A stretch of DNA of 63,972 nucleotides, the filler included, from Anaerolineae bacterium (GTDB taxonomy: Bacteria > Chloroflexota > Anaerolineae > B4-G1 > DUEL01), in assembly GCA_041082215.1 (NCBI GenBank). It is 8 parts of 7 records of this genome, joined end to end, with 100 filler letters (N's around TTAATTAATTAA, not from the genome) between each part and the next. Parts side by side here need not be neighbours in the genome. Positions count along the whole stretch, not along the records: positions 11,393 to 39,042 come from JBDOIF010000055.1; 7 more parts are not named here. The stretch is one strand, 5' to 3'. This document shows, piece by piece, positions 22,301 to 31,811 of this stretch. A program made the position numbers and the translations under genes. The notes beneath the pieces were generated by a model, which saw only the letters and a program-made list of their open reading frames with translations, had not been told where the DNA came from and searched no databases. Position 1 is the first letter of the stretch. Each line of letters begins with the position of its first letter.

Positions 22301-24851
22301 GGCGGTTCAGCTCGTTAAAGAACGAAAGAATCTCCACCCGCCGCTGCAGGGCTTCCAGGAGCTCCGCGTTTTCTATGGCGACGGCTGCCTGTGCGGCGAA
22401 GACCTCCAGCGCCTCCAGTGTCGAGTAGTCGGGCACCTTCCCATCCCGGGGTTCGTCCACGGAAAGGATGCCGCGGATCCGCCCTCCGGTCCCCAGGAGG
22501 GGGACCACCAGCAGGTCCTGCGGGTGCCAGCGGCCTTCCTCCCGGCGCAGCTCCTCAACCCGACGGTCGTACACGTCGAGCTTCCCCCGCCAGCGGGCCT
22601 GCTTTTCAGCCGGGATGTAGTAGCACTGGCTGATGCGGAACTCCTCCAGCAGCACCGTCTTCAACGATTCCCACGGCTGGCGCACCTCTTTCATGCGCTC
22701 GAATACGTGGAGGGGGATGCCGGCCCCCGCCACCCGCCGCAGGTGTGGTGGGTCCCCCTCCAGCACGCTGATGAGCACCAGGTTGAAGCCGACGCTCTCC
22801 TGGATGGCGTAGGCGATCTCCTCCAGCACCTCCTCCAGCGGCTGGTCGGAACGGATCGCCTGACCGACCTCCAGGACATGGCTGAGCTGGTCGGCCCGTC
22901 GCCGCAGGAGGGCGGTACGGTCAACCTGTTCTGCATAACGCCTGGCATTGCTGATGGCGATAGCGGCCTGGTCCGCCAGCGTCTCGACGAACTGCCGGGT
23001 CTGGGCGTCGAAGGCGTTGGGCCGGTGGCTGTCCAGAACGATCACTCCCACCAGGGCCTCGCTGCTCCAGATAGGCACCAGCAGGGCCGAGCGGACGTCC
23101 GGGCGACCGAAGACCGTCCGTCCCTCGCCGGCGGCATCGGGCCAGTAGAGGGATGTCCTGCTCTCGACCATCCGCGTCAGCCCCTCCTCCTGGGAAGGGC
23201 TGGCCAGCCGCTGCCGGAGCATGGCCTGTTCCTCTTCCAGATAGCCGGCGCACAGGCCCAGCTCCCATCGGTTCGCGGTGGAATCCTGGATGAGGATGGC
23301 GCAATGGGTGGCGTGGCTGAGGCGCAGGGCCTCTTCGAGGACCAACCGCAGGATGCGCTCCTGATCGAAGGTGACGCCCAGCTCTCGCGCTACCCGTTGT
23401 AGCCCCTCCAGCGCCTCGGCCCGGCGCTTCAGCTCCTGGTCTGCCCGGGAATAGAGCTGGGCGTTGTGGATAGCAAACGCTGCCTGGTCGGCGAAGGCGG
23501 TCAGCAGGTCCCGCTCCGTCTCCGTGAAGCGGTGGGGGTGGGCGAAGAGGACGGACAGCATCCCGATGACCCGATCCCCCACCTTCAGCGGGATGTCCAC
23601 AAAGGCGCTGACCCCCTCCTCCTCGGCCTTGGGGGCCAGGCGTCGCAGCCCGGGGTCTACGGACATGTCCTCTACAATCACCAACTGCCCGACGGCGACG
23701 GCGTGGGCCCGTCCTCCGACCTGGATGGGGATAGCCTGGGACTCGGCCACGAAGCTCTGGCTGAGGCCGTAGGAGGCGGCCAGGCGCAGGGTTTTTTCTT
23801 CTTCATTCACCACGAAGATCGCCGACCGATGGCAGCCCACGACCTCCAGCACAGAGGCGGCGATGGTCTGCAGGACCTGGTTCAGGTCCAGCGAGGAGGT
23901 CACCAGGGCGGAGACGCGGGCCAGGGAGGTGAGTTCCAGCGTCCGGCGGCGGGCTTCCTCGTAGAGGCGGGCGTGCTCAATGGCTGTGGCCGCGTGCCTC
24001 CCGACGGCCTGAAGGAGCCTGAGGTCCTGTTCGGAGAAGGCATCCTGCTGATAGCTGATCAGTTCCAGCGTGCCGACGAATTCCCCACGGCTCTCCAGCG
24101 GGATGCCCAGGTAGGAGCGGAAGGGGGAGTCGGGCCGGTCCAGCTTGGGCCGCACGTCCCGACGGCTGGGGATGTCGGGGATCAGGAGCGGCCTGCGGTT
24201 TCGGGCCAGCCAGCCGGAATACCCCTCGCTGAGCCGGTAGGTCCGTCCGACCTGGGCGTAATAGGTCTCGGCATCCAGCGCGCCCCGTGAGATCAGACAT
24301 CGCTGCAGAGGGTCCCAGAGCGTCACTTCCCCCATATCGAAGGGGATCAGCCGCCGGGTGGAGGTGAGGATGGCCCTCAGCGTCGCCTCCAGGTCCAGGC
24401 TGGCGCCGATCGTCCGGGCGACCTCTTCCAGCACCTCCAGCTCTTCCCGGCTATACTGACGGGTGGGGGAGGTCTCTTCCCCGCTTTTTTCCTCTTCTGG
24501 TCGGTTGGGGGGTTTTCGCTGGAGGCGCGGTCGCGGCGGCAGGAGCATCCCCGCTGCCAGGCAAAGGAGGCCGGTGGCAGCGACGGCCACAAAATGGGAA
24601 AGCGGAGCGGTTGGCCAGGAGCGGACCCCGTAGAGGAGTAGGGAAAGGAAGGCAAGGGCCAGACTTACCAGAGCGGCAAGTTTCCCGCCCAGGAAGGCCA
24701 TCAGGGCGATGGTGGCCGGCAGGAGCAGGAAGAACAGCGGCAGCCAATCGGCCGATGCCCGGTTCAATCCGTAGCCCATCCCCAACATGACGGCACCGGC
24801 CGCAGCCGCAGCTCCTCTCTCGCCTAACCGACCCAATCTACCGATCGTCAT
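19377..24851 (-). CDS. Membrane-anchored hybrid histidine kinase: TM-6xGAF-PAS-HisKA-HATPase-2xREC
   Basis: N-terminal hydrophobic helices, six GAF repeats each ending A.QAA.AI.NA.L-like, H-box SHELRTPMT, NLVGNAIQY, DTGIG, GTGLGL, and two receiver domains. Start codon inferred. Confidence 0.9.
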   Translation of the reverse strand: MTIGRLGRLGERGAAAAAGAVMLGMGYGLNRASADWLPLFFLLLPATIALMAFLGGKLAALVSLALAFLSLLLYGVRSWPTAPLSHFVAVAATGLLCLAAGMLLPPRPRLQRKPPNRPEEEKSGEETSPTRQYSREELEVLEEVARTIGASLDLEATLRAILTSTRRLIPFDMGEVTLWDPLQRCLISRGALDAETYYAQVGRTYRLSEGYSGWLARNRRPLLIPDIPSRRDVRPKLDRPDSPFRSYLGIPLESRGEFVGTLELISYQQDAFSEQDLRLLQAVGRHAATAIEHARLYEEARRRTLELTSLARVSALVTSSLDLNQVLQTIAASVLEVVGCHRSAIFVVNEEEKTLRLAASYGLSQSFVAESQAIPIQVGGRAHAVAVGQLVIVEDMSVDPGLRRLAPKAEEEGVSAFVDIPLKVGDRVIGMLSVLFAHPHRFTETERDLLTAFADQAAFAIHNAQLYSRADQELKRRAEALEGLQRVARELGVTFDQERILRLVLEEALRLSHATHCAILIQDSTANRWELGLCAGYLEEEQAMLRQRLASPSQEEGLTRMVESRTSLYWPDAAGEGRTVFGRPDVRSALLVPIWSSEALVGVIVLDSHRPNAFDAQTRQFVETLADQAAIAISNARRYAEQVDRTALLRRRADQLSHVLEVGQAIRSDQPLEEVLEEIAYAIQESVGFNLVLISVLEGDPPHLRRVAGAGIPLHVFERMKEVRQPWESLKTVLLEEFRISQCYYIPAEKQARWRGKLDVYDRRVEELRREEGRWHPQDLLVVPLLGTGGRIRGILSVDEPRDGKVPDYSTLEALEVFAAQAAVAIENAELLEALQRRVEILSFFNELNRLVTAKLELDEVLRIVVDATIRLVGSEGSVVFLEDRETGKYVAHAARGHDLALLSARAFSPGEGLVGRVVKSGMPLSVTDVEEETGGEADYIRQGAAILVPLSIGEQVVGVLTADRPYRESFTPADVATLISLADQVSVAVQNARLFEQIRRFTEELEQRVEERTRELAQALKDLTAQRDRLEALYHIAAEVSASLDLDRVLVRSLELVVEAMGAERGSVLLEDPTTGKLVHRATVGEPTRIPPGGKETRFRRGEGLAGWVITHGESALIEDLREDPRWIAEEGEDPDHRACVAVPLVTASEVQGAVLIFSATPGLFAEDHLRLAEAAAAQIGNAIGNAELYGLIRSQAERLGAMLKQQQVEAAKSQAILEGVADGVIVADAQGRIVLFNAAAERILEIPRDRALGRSTREMLGLYGVEGRSWLTTIEDWAANPADRTPEDFVAERLELGERVVSVHVSPVIMRSEYLGTVSVFRDITVEVEADRAKSEFVSTVSHELRTPMTSIKGYVDLLLMGAVGALSDQQRHFLEIIRNNADRLTALVNDLLDISRIETGRVELDLRAVHIHEVVEQVVTSLQARAQSRGLDLKAQVPASLPAVWGDSARVAQILTNLVGNAIQYTPPGGKVTISARPANGFLEVSVADTGIGISEENRKRIFDRFFRADDPLVQETPGTGLGLSITASLVEMHGGEIWVESELGEGSTFTFTLPLATAPRPGLPLTRPSGLSVLVVEDDPDVANLIRIHLEGEGYEVMMADHGEEAIRVARETHPALITLDIRLPDADGFVILERIKKDPQTADIPVVIVSVVPDKERGLRLGAVDYVGKPIDEKALLEAIRRVLHRRGMILVVDDDRDNLSLMREALRRHGFQVRTTGLGSKALEIAKEVKPALILLDLKLRDIEGYDVLRALKSDPDTRDIPVVVMTGSLSHEELKQQRALMLGAARFLTKPFAIEDFIREVSIVLQRTGPGQVEGQS

Positions 24852-24963
24852 CTCACACTTGTCCGTGCCGAATACCCGGCCCGCCTTCTCGCAGAAACAA
24901 CCCCACCTGTCCGCCTCGGGATTCGGGCCAGAACGCCCGGCGTTCGGACGGCGGGGCCACTGC

Positions 24964-25857
24964 CTAGGGGATGCGCCCTTCGCGGCGGGCAGCGGCTGCC
25001 GCCTCGGTGATCTCCCGGATGTCGGTGAAGGGACCATCGTCGCTGGTGAGGGCGCCGATCGCCAGCTCCATCAGCCCGACCTTCCGCTCGTTCCCCGCCT
25101 CATCGCGGACGACGATGTATCCCTGCTGACGGGCCTTGAAGTCGTAGTGGGTACCGACCCCTTCGGAGAACCGCCGTTTCAGGTCCTCCACCATAGGCCG
25201 CACCAGGTTCTTGTCGGTGACGATGAGGAAATCGTCGCCCCCCACATGGCCGATGAAGTCGTTGGCCGTCCCCAGCGCGTCCACTGTCTCTCCCAGCACC
25301 AGGGCTGTGTAGCGGAGCACCTCGTCGGCGGCAACGAAGCCGTAAACCTCGCTGAAGGGCTCCAGCCCGTCAATGCCTACATAGATGATCCCCCAATCGT
25401 CCCGCTGTATCAGGCTGCGGAGCTGCTCCTCGATGAGCTTGGCGCTGGGGAGGCCGGTGGTTGGGTTGGTCAGGCTCTCGTAGGTAGCCCGGGCCATCGC
25501 GTTCTTGACCCGTAGCTTCAGCTCCTCGACGTCGAAGGGCTTGGTGATGTAGTCGTCGGCCCCCAGTTCCAGGCCGTGGATCTTGTCGGAGCGCTCGTCC
25601 TTCTGGGTAAGGAAGATAATGGGGATGTGGCTGGTGCGGAGGCTGCTGCGCAGATGGCGGCAGACATCGTAGCCGTCCATATCCGGAAGCATGATGTCCA
25701 GGACCACGATGTTGGGCAGTTGCTGCCGGCACATCTCCAGGGCATCCTCTCCCCTCGGGGCCACGGCCACCTCGTAGCCCTGACTTTGGAAGTAGATGCG
25801 GAGCATGTTCGAGATGTCGAAATCGTCCTCTACGACCAGGATCCTTCCTTCGCTCAT
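24964..25857 (-). CDS. Response regulator with GGDEF-type domain (REC-GGDEF)
   Basis: REC domain (LVVEDD, LDIMLP, KPF) followed by NPTTGLP...HVGGDDF. Confidence 0.88.
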   Translation of the reverse strand: MSEGRILVVEDDFDISNMLRIYFQSQGYEVAVAPRGEDALEMCRQQLPNIVVLDIMLPDMDGYDVCRHLRSSLRTSHIPIIFLTQKDERSDKIHGLELGADDYITKPFDVEELKLRVKNAMARATYESLTNPTTGLPSAKLIEEQLRSLIQRDDWGIIYVGIDGLEPFSEVYGFVAADEVLRYTALVLGETVDALGTANDFIGHVGGDDFLIVTDKNLVRPMVEDLKRRFSEGVGTHYDFKARQQGYIVVRDEAGNERKVGLMELAIGALTSDDGPFTDIREITEAAAAARREGRIP

Positions 25858-25873
25858 CGCACGACCTCCGACA

Positions 25874-26968
25874 CTAGGCCGGGCGTGACCCGGCTTGCTC
25901 AACCGCTCTGCGGCGAATGTGCTCCATCCTCTCAGGAGTCAGCGGACGGTCGAAGGAGTGCCAGGGGGCTGGCCGGAACCCGTGTCGCCCGGCAATGGAT
26001 TCGATCTCCCGGACCCGCTCGACCGTCAGGTTTTTCCCCACCGTGTAATCCTCAAACCGGCCCTCCAGGGCCAGGGCCATGGTCTCCGCCATGCAGCCGA
26101 AGGTGATGCCGGGAGGCAGGCCGTAGTTGAAACCGAAGTCCACCGAACCCGGCATCTCCACCAGGCCGCCATCAACCACCAGCACATCGTCCCGCTCCCG
26201 CACCACCTGCGGGGAGACGTCCCGTGGGCGGGCAACGTCGCAGACCACTGCTCCAGGCCGGAGGAGCGGGCTACGGATGAGAAAGCGGCCCGCGCTGGTG
26301 GCGCTCAGGATGAGGCTGGCCTCCCGGATCGCTTCTATGTCGGTGGAAGCCTCCACCGGCCCCTTTGCAAGCCCCGTCACCTCCTGCCGGACCCGTTCCA
26401 CCGATGTCGGTCTGCGCCCCACCAGGATCAGCCGTCCCACCTGGGGGGCCAGCAGCCGCGCGCAGGCGGAGCCGATGGCCCCCGTGGCCCCCACCACGGC
26501 CGTGATGGCCCGCTCCGGCTCGATGCCCATCCATTGGCCAGCATCGAGAAGGGTCCGCACCGAAACGGCGACCGTATAGCTGTCGCCGGTGGTGACCGGG
26601 ATGTCCAGCACCTGCGCGATCGTTATCCCTCCATCTCCCACCACGGAGGTATAGGCCCCCAGCCCCAGGATGCGTGCCCCCAGCCGCTCGGCCAGCCTTC
26701 CGGTCTGGATGATCTTGCGGTAGGCGGCCTGTGGTGGCAACTGGAGCATCCGGTGGGCTGTGACGGGGCAGGCCAGCAGCCACCCTTCCACCTCCCGCCC
26801 TGTCGCCGCCGACTGCACTCCGGTCACCCGGGAGAGGATCAGCGGCGGCCAGTAGTAGGAGAGGAAATGGATCGCCCATACCGGCAGCACCCGGGCCAGC
26901 CGGGGGTACTTCCGCGCCACGTCCGCCTTGGGCTCCAGCGGATGAATGATAAAGGCGAAGGCGTCCAT
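25874..26968 (-). CDS. NAD(P)-dependent oxidoreductase resembling long-chain acyl-ACP reductase
   Basis: FAFIIHP, LGLGAYTSVV, TTGDSYT, VVGATGAIG, CDVARPRDV, GCMAETMALALE. Confidence 0.7.
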   Translation of the reverse strand: MDAFAFIIHPLEPKADVARKYPRLARVLPVWAIHFLSYYWPPLILSRVTGVQSAATGREVEGWLLACPVTAHRMLQLPPQAAYRKIIQTGRLAERLGARILGLGAYTSVVGDGGITIAQVLDIPVTTGDSYTVAVSVRTLLDAGQWMGIEPERAITAVVGATGAIGSACARLLAPQVGRLILVGRRPTSVERVRQEVTGLAKGPVEASTDIEAIREASLILSATSAGRFLIRSPLLRPGAVVCDVARPRDVSPQVVRERDDVLVVDGGLVEMPGSVDFGFNYGLPPGITFGCMAETMALALEGRFEDYTVGKNLTVERVREIESIAGRHGFRPAPWHSFDRPLTPERMEHIRRRAVEQAGSRPA

Positions 26969-27018
26969 CTTCTCCTCTTCCCTGCCAGCGTTCCCCGGCC
27001 TGCGGAAAGGCAACCCAG

Positions 27019-28293
27019 CTAGTCCTCCCTGCGTGGGCGAGGGTAAAGACGGGGGTGTAAGACTTCCGCCTCGGGTATGTGGTGTACATCGCTTTCCTCG
27101 TAAGCGACGTCCTTCCGGATCACCTGGCGCTCCGATGAAGCGATCAGGACCGAATCCGACTCGATGGTGCGGGCCGGGTAGACGATCATCCCCGACCCGA
27201 TCCGGCAGTGATGCCCAACGCATCCACCCAGGACCGTCATCCCGGTCGGTTCCAGCCGGTCCCAGTGGAGGGCGCGGAGCGGTCTGGGGACCACGTTGAA
27301 ATCGGTGAATGTGCTGCCTGCTCCCACAAAACTGTTGCGCCCGATGCAGGAGAGTTGAAGGCAGGTGTTCTGGGCCACCATCGAGTCCTCCATCATCACG
27401 CTCATAAAGAGGGCGGCCCGGAAAGGGAGGAAACAGCGTTCGCTGACGACGCTGAGCATCAACTGGCAGCCCTGGGCGATATCCACGTTGCTGCCGATGA
27501 TGCAGTTGTCTATCACAACGCCCGGGCCGATGGTCACGTTGTCGCCGATGGTGGTGGGCCCCCGGATCACGGCGCTGGGGTCAATGCTGCAACCCCGCCC
27601 GACCTTGACCACGGCGGAGGAGGAGAGGACCTGCTTCTGCTCCAGCATCGCCTGCCAGAGAAGCCTGAGCTGGAGGCCCACGTCCCGCTCCACCATCTTC
27701 TCCAGCCGGGCCCCCCGGGCAAAGACGCCGAAAACCACATTGGCCAGGAGCACATGGACCCAGGACTCGATGGCCAGGAACGGCTTGGTCGGCACGTGAT
27801 AAACCAGGTCCCCCATGCGGTCTGACATATGGGTGGGGACGTGGTAGTATCCCACCTCACGGGGTTCGGTGTGCATCACCAGCGGCCGGACCGTCTCCTC
27901 GACGCCATAGGGGAAGTACCACATATCCGCCACGTAATAGTCCCCTTCCCGGCGGATGGTTTCCTGGAGAGGGAGGGCGTGGTTGACGATCGCCTTATCG
28001 TCCAGTGGGAAGACCACCTGGCAGGCCTTGCCCAGACGGCGGGCGCGGATCAGGAATTCCTGCAGGAAGAACTCGTCGAAGAACAGGTTTTCTCGATGGA
28101 CGAGTGTCTCCACCCGCGCCGAGTCAATCTGCTCAAATGAGTCCACCTCCAGCTCTTTTTCCACATAAGAGGCCATCAGGTCCCGCTGGTGGAGCCAGAG
28201 GGGCTTGTTGAGCACCCGCAGCTCTCGGGCTGGCTCATTGAACGGAGGGATGGGCCTCCGATCGCGCAGGATGATCCTTCGCATACCCGTCAA
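27019..28293 (-). CDS. Left-handed beta-helix (hexapeptide repeat) transferase, GlmU-like
   Basis: IDPSAVIRGPTTIGDNVTIGPGVVIDNCIIGSNVDI repeats. Degenerate nucleotidyltransferase-like N-terminus (LRVLNKPL). Confidence 0.7.
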   Translation of the reverse strand: MTGMRRIILRDRRPIPPFNEPARELRVLNKPLWLHQRDLMASYVEKELEVDSFEQIDSARVETLVHRENLFFDEFFLQEFLIRARRLGKACQVVFPLDDKAIVNHALPLQETIRREGDYYVADMWYFPYGVEETVRPLVMHTEPREVGYYHVPTHMSDRMGDLVYHVPTKPFLAIESWVHVLLANVVFGVFARGARLEKMVERDVGLQLRLLWQAMLEQKQVLSSSAVVKVGRGCSIDPSAVIRGPTTIGDNVTIGPGVVIDNCIIGSNVDIAQGCQLMLSVVSERCFLPFRAALFMSVMMEDSMVAQNTCLQLSCIGRNSFVGAGSTFTDFNVVPRPLRALHWDRLEPTGMTVLGGCVGHHCRIGSGMIVYPARTIESDSVLIASSERQVIRKDVAYEESDVHHIPEAEVLHPRLYPRPRRED

Positions 28294-28940
28294 TCCACCG
28301 GTTGCTTTTCAATCCGAATCGTGCAGGTCCGATCCCCCATAGCGACGCAGGAGACCTCTTCGACCTCGAAGTTCCGTCCCCCGCTGACCCAGTAGAGGGC
28401 CTCCTGGAGGATGCCGACGGCCAGGTGGCAACTGGGGGAGGAGGAGGTCCGCTTCCAGCAGACGCCGCACCGCTCGATGATCCACAGGAACGAGACCTCA
28501 TCTTCGCCCAGCCGCACCTGGTGGTCGCTGAACTTGTTGAAGACTTCGGCGAAGACCTCGAAGCCGATCTTCAGTTTCATGGTCAGCGGCATCACCCGGA
28601 AGGCCAGGTCGGCGATCCCCAGCATCGGTCCGAAATCCTTGATGCCGAAGCGGAAGCAGGAGCGGCCGACGCGGAGGGCCAGCCCTCTCCCGCCCCGGAC
28701 CCCGTACACCTCATCCAGCACCGTCATCAGGCGGGAGAGCTCGGTGAAGGAGAAGCCCATATCGAAGTTGTTGGGCGGGTAATTGCCCAGAAGGTGCCGG
28801 AGGTTGGCCAGGTTCAGCACCGCGTTGACGCCGTTACGCCCCATCACTTCTTCCATAGCCAGGAGGACGATGCGACCCATCTTGTTGGGGAAGTAATATT
28901 CCGCCTGCCTGGCGCGGCTGGCTGTTTTGTTATCTGCCAT
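28290..28940 (-). CDS. V4R (4-vinyl reductase) domain small-ligand-binding protein
   Basis: C-terminal ERCGVC...CHLAVGILQE...EVEEVSCVAMGDRTCTIRI motif. Confidence 0.8.
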   Translation of the reverse strand: MADNKTASRARQAEYYFPNKMGRIVLLAMEEVMGRNGVNAVLNLANLRHLLGNYPPNNFDMGFSFTELSRLMTVLDEVYGVRGGRGLALRVGRSCFRFGIKDFGPMLGIADLAFRVMPLTMKLKIGFEVFAEVFNKFSDHQVRLGEDEVSFLWIIERCGVCWKRTSSSPSCHLAVGILQEALYWVSGGRNFEVEEVSCVAMGDRTCTIRIEKQPVD

Positions 28941-28971
28941 TCGGCCCCTCCGGTCGTCCTTTATGGTGCGG

Positions 28972-29757
28972 TCAATGCTCCAGGAAGTCCCGCAGCGTCT
29001 GCAGGAACCGTTCCGGCTCGTCCAGCATCGGGAAGTGACCTGAGCGTTCGAAGAAATTCACCTGCCCTGCAGGCACACCATGTTCGATCAACTTCCCCTG
29101 TTTGGGGTCCACAATGCGGTCATTGCGGCCGTAGACGCCCAGGACGGGGGCCCGCACTTCCCGCAGGCGGGGCCTGAGGTCGGTCCTGTAGAGGGAGGCG
29201 ATGCTGTAGTGGAAGGACTCCAGGCTGGTGCGGGAGAGGTCCTGTTCGAACATCTGGGACCAGCGCCGCCAGTCCCGGGTGAGGAGGGGGGAGAAGAGCC
29301 GCACGCCCAGGGGAAGGGCGCCTGGTATGGAATAGGCAAGCGCAGCCAGAGGCTTTCTGGCTGCCAGCTTCAGCATCATGGCAAGGCCGTCCCCCGAGAT
29401 CGGCGAGCCGACCACGGCCACCTTCTGCACCCGGTCTGGATGAGCCAGCGCAAGGCTCAATGAAACCGTCCCTCCCATCGAGTGGCCCATCACCGGGGCC
29501 CGCACAAGCCCCAGCCGGTCCATAAACTGGACGACCATTTCCACGTAGTCGGACACGTGGAAGTGGTGTCCCCTTGCGCCGGATTCGCCGAAGCCCCAGA
29601 AATCCAGCGCGTACGTCTTGTAGGCGTCGCTGAGGAACTCCATTGTGCTGAGCCAGTAGCTCCATGAGCCCAGCCAGCAATGGAGGAGGATCACAGGCCG
29701 ACCGCGGCCGTAGGCTTCATAATGGACAATCCCCCGGTCGGTGACGATCGAACTCAT
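28972..29757 (-). CDS. Alpha/beta hydrolase, paralogue of 18166-18960
   Basis: HCWLGSWSYW, ALDFWGFG, GHSMGG, GHFPMLDE. Confidence 0.9.
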   Translation of the reverse strand: MSSIVTDRGIVHYEAYGRGRPVILLHCWLGSWSYWLSTMEFLSDAYKTYALDFWGFGESGARGHHFHVSDYVEMVVQFMDRLGLVRAPVMGHSMGGTVSLSLALAHPDRVQKVAVVGSPISGDGLAMMLKLAARKPLAALAYSIPGALPLGVRLFSPLLTRDWRRWSQMFEQDLSRTSLESFHYSIASLYRTDLRPRLREVRAPVLGVYGRNDRIVDPKQGKLIEHGVPAGQVNFFERSGHFPMLDEPERFLQTLRDFLEH

Positions 29758-29924
29758 GCCAGGAAACCTCTGCGCCCTCTGCGCCTCTGCGGTGAACAGC
29801 CATCATGTCACTATGTTATCACAAAAGCGGCTTGCGGAAACAGTCCTAGCGTTGCAACTGAGTTAAGGAGAAGTTACAACCCTGCGGAGGCCCTGCATCT
29901 CTCGACGCCTTCTGCGGCAAGATG

Positions 29925-31589
29925 CTATCGGATCAGGACGCCCGGGTTCATGATGCCCACAGGGTCGAGGGCCTGCTTGAGCGCCTCCAGCGCTGCGATG
30001 CCCACCGAGCCGATCTCTTCCTCGAGCCATCCTGCGTGGTCCCGGCCGATCCCGTGGTGATGGCTCAGAGTGCCCCCAGCGGCCAGGATCGCTTCTGTCG
30101 CCGTCTGCTTCACCTTCCACCACTGCTCTACCTCGTGCTCCGGCGCCTGTCGGCCCAGGAAGGTGGAGTAGAGGGACGCCCCCCATTCGTAGATATGGGA
30201 GATATGGGTCATCACATAGCCCGGCCCACCGTCGGCGGCCCGGATGCCGGCCTGGATGGCGGTCTTCATTTCGCTATAGAGCCGCAGGAGATTGGACCAG
30301 GTCGTGGCGGTCTCCAGCGTGTCCACCAGGACGCCGACCCCCAGGAGCGTATCCCGCAGGTAGGGCTGGAGGAACCGCTCCCGCTTCCAGGACTCGCCGG
30401 CGGCCCGGCCGAGAGGCAGCCCGCCGTGGTCGCGGCAGATGGTCGAGGCCTGGCGCCAGAGGCCCTTCACCCGCTCCACCTCCCCATCGTATCCCAGGAT
30501 CAGGAGGCAGCTCCCACCGCTGAAACTGTGGCCCTTCTGCGCCAGATACTTCTCCATCACCCGGTCCACCAGCGCCCGCAGGCCGTGGTGTTCGTGGGCC
30601 ATGACGGCAAAGGCCGCGGTCTCCTCCGGATCGGAGAGCCGGGCGATGGTGGGGCGAGGGCCGTGTTGCATCAATTCTCTGAGGGTCGCCACGCCGTCCT
30701 CCAGGGAGTGGAAGAGGAAACCCCGGTAGTCCTGGACCTGGGGGCGGGGGCGGATGCGCACCGTCGCTTCGGTGATCACCCCATACGCCCCCTCCGAGCC
30801 TATCAGCACCTGCAGGATGCTGGGACCGGTGGCAGTGGCGGGAGTGTTTCGCGTCTCCACGATCCCCGATGGAGTGACCAGCCGCACAGCCTGCGTCATA
30901 TGCTCGATCTTGCCGTAGCCGGTTGAGGTCTGACCGGCAGCGCGGGTGGCGATCCATCCCCCCAGGGTGGAGAACTCGAAGGACTGGGGGAAGTGGCCCA
31001 GAGTGAAACCCTGGGCGTTGAGCTGGGCCTCTACCTCCGGGCCGGTGGCGCCGGCCTGGATGCGGGCCGTCCACGACTCCCGGTCCAGCCTGACCAGCCG
31101 ATCCAGCCGGGCCAGGTCCAGTGTGATAACGGGCTGTTCCCCCGGCTCAGGTTCCACCGCTCCCAGCACGGTGCTCCCCCCGCCGAAGGGGATGACGGCG
31201 ATCTCCCGGTCGGCGGCCCAGGCCAGCAATGCGGCTACCTCTCCCTCATCGGCGGGGTAGACCACGGCATCGGGCGGGTTGGGGACCAGCCCGGCGCGCA
31301 CCCGCACCAGGTCCCGGTACGCTTTGCCACAGGCGTGTTCGACGCGCGTCCGTTTGTCCAGGCGGACCGCTTCTTCACCCAGCAGCTTCCGCAGGGAGTG
31401 GAGAACGGGGTCGTCCAGCCTGGACGGGCGCAGTTCGATCTCCTCCAGGTGGACCGGGGGGCGCTCGACCAGTTCGTCGGGCAGCTCCAGCCAGGCGCGG
31501 AGCGCAGGCCAGAAACGGGGGCGGTTCTCCAGGGGGTAGTCCTGATCCAGCGTCCCCCATCCCCACCAGCGCAGATTTGGGATGTCCAT
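29925..31589 (-). CDS. FAD-binding oxidoreductase, alkyl-dihydroxyacetonephosphate synthase-like
   Basis: PDAVVYP, PFGGGS, GHFPQSFEFSTLGGWIATR, GSEGAYGVITE, SHHHGIG, DPVGIMNPG. Confidence 0.82.
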   Translation of the reverse strand: MDIPNLRWWGWGTLDQDYPLENRPRFWPALRAWLELPDELVERPPVHLEEIELRPSRLDDPVLHSLRKLLGEEAVRLDKRTRVEHACGKAYRDLVRVRAGLVPNPPDAVVYPADEGEVAALLAWAADREIAVIPFGGGSTVLGAVEPEPGEQPVITLDLARLDRLVRLDRESWTARIQAGATGPEVEAQLNAQGFTLGHFPQSFEFSTLGGWIATRAAGQTSTGYGKIEHMTQAVRLVTPSGIVETRNTPATATGPSILQVLIGSEGAYGVITEATVRIRPRPQVQDYRGFLFHSLEDGVATLRELMQHGPRPTIARLSDPEETAAFAVMAHEHHGLRALVDRVMEKYLAQKGHSFSGGSCLLILGYDGEVERVKGLWRQASTICRDHGGLPLGRAAGESWKRERFLQPYLRDTLLGVGVLVDTLETATTWSNLLRLYSEMKTAIQAGIRAADGGPGYVMTHISHIYEWGASLYSTFLGRQAPEHEVEQWWKVKQTATEAILAAGGTLSHHHGIGRDHAGWLEEEIGSVGIAALEALKQALDPVGIMNPGVLIR

Positions 31590-31811
31590 TTCTCGTCACT
31601 CCAGGGTGTGATGATTGGGTTGCAGGGCTGCCCTGCCGGACGTTCGGTAATAGTGTACCCCGGAAATGGATTGGACGCAAACTCAGGGACCTGAGAATCT
31701 TCTGCAGAACTCTGTGTCCTCTGTGTCTCTGTGGTGAGCATCTGCTTCGAAAACCCCAGGTGGGGCGAAGCCTTCCGCGCCTTCGCTCCCTGTGGTATAA
31801 TCTCCAATTGT

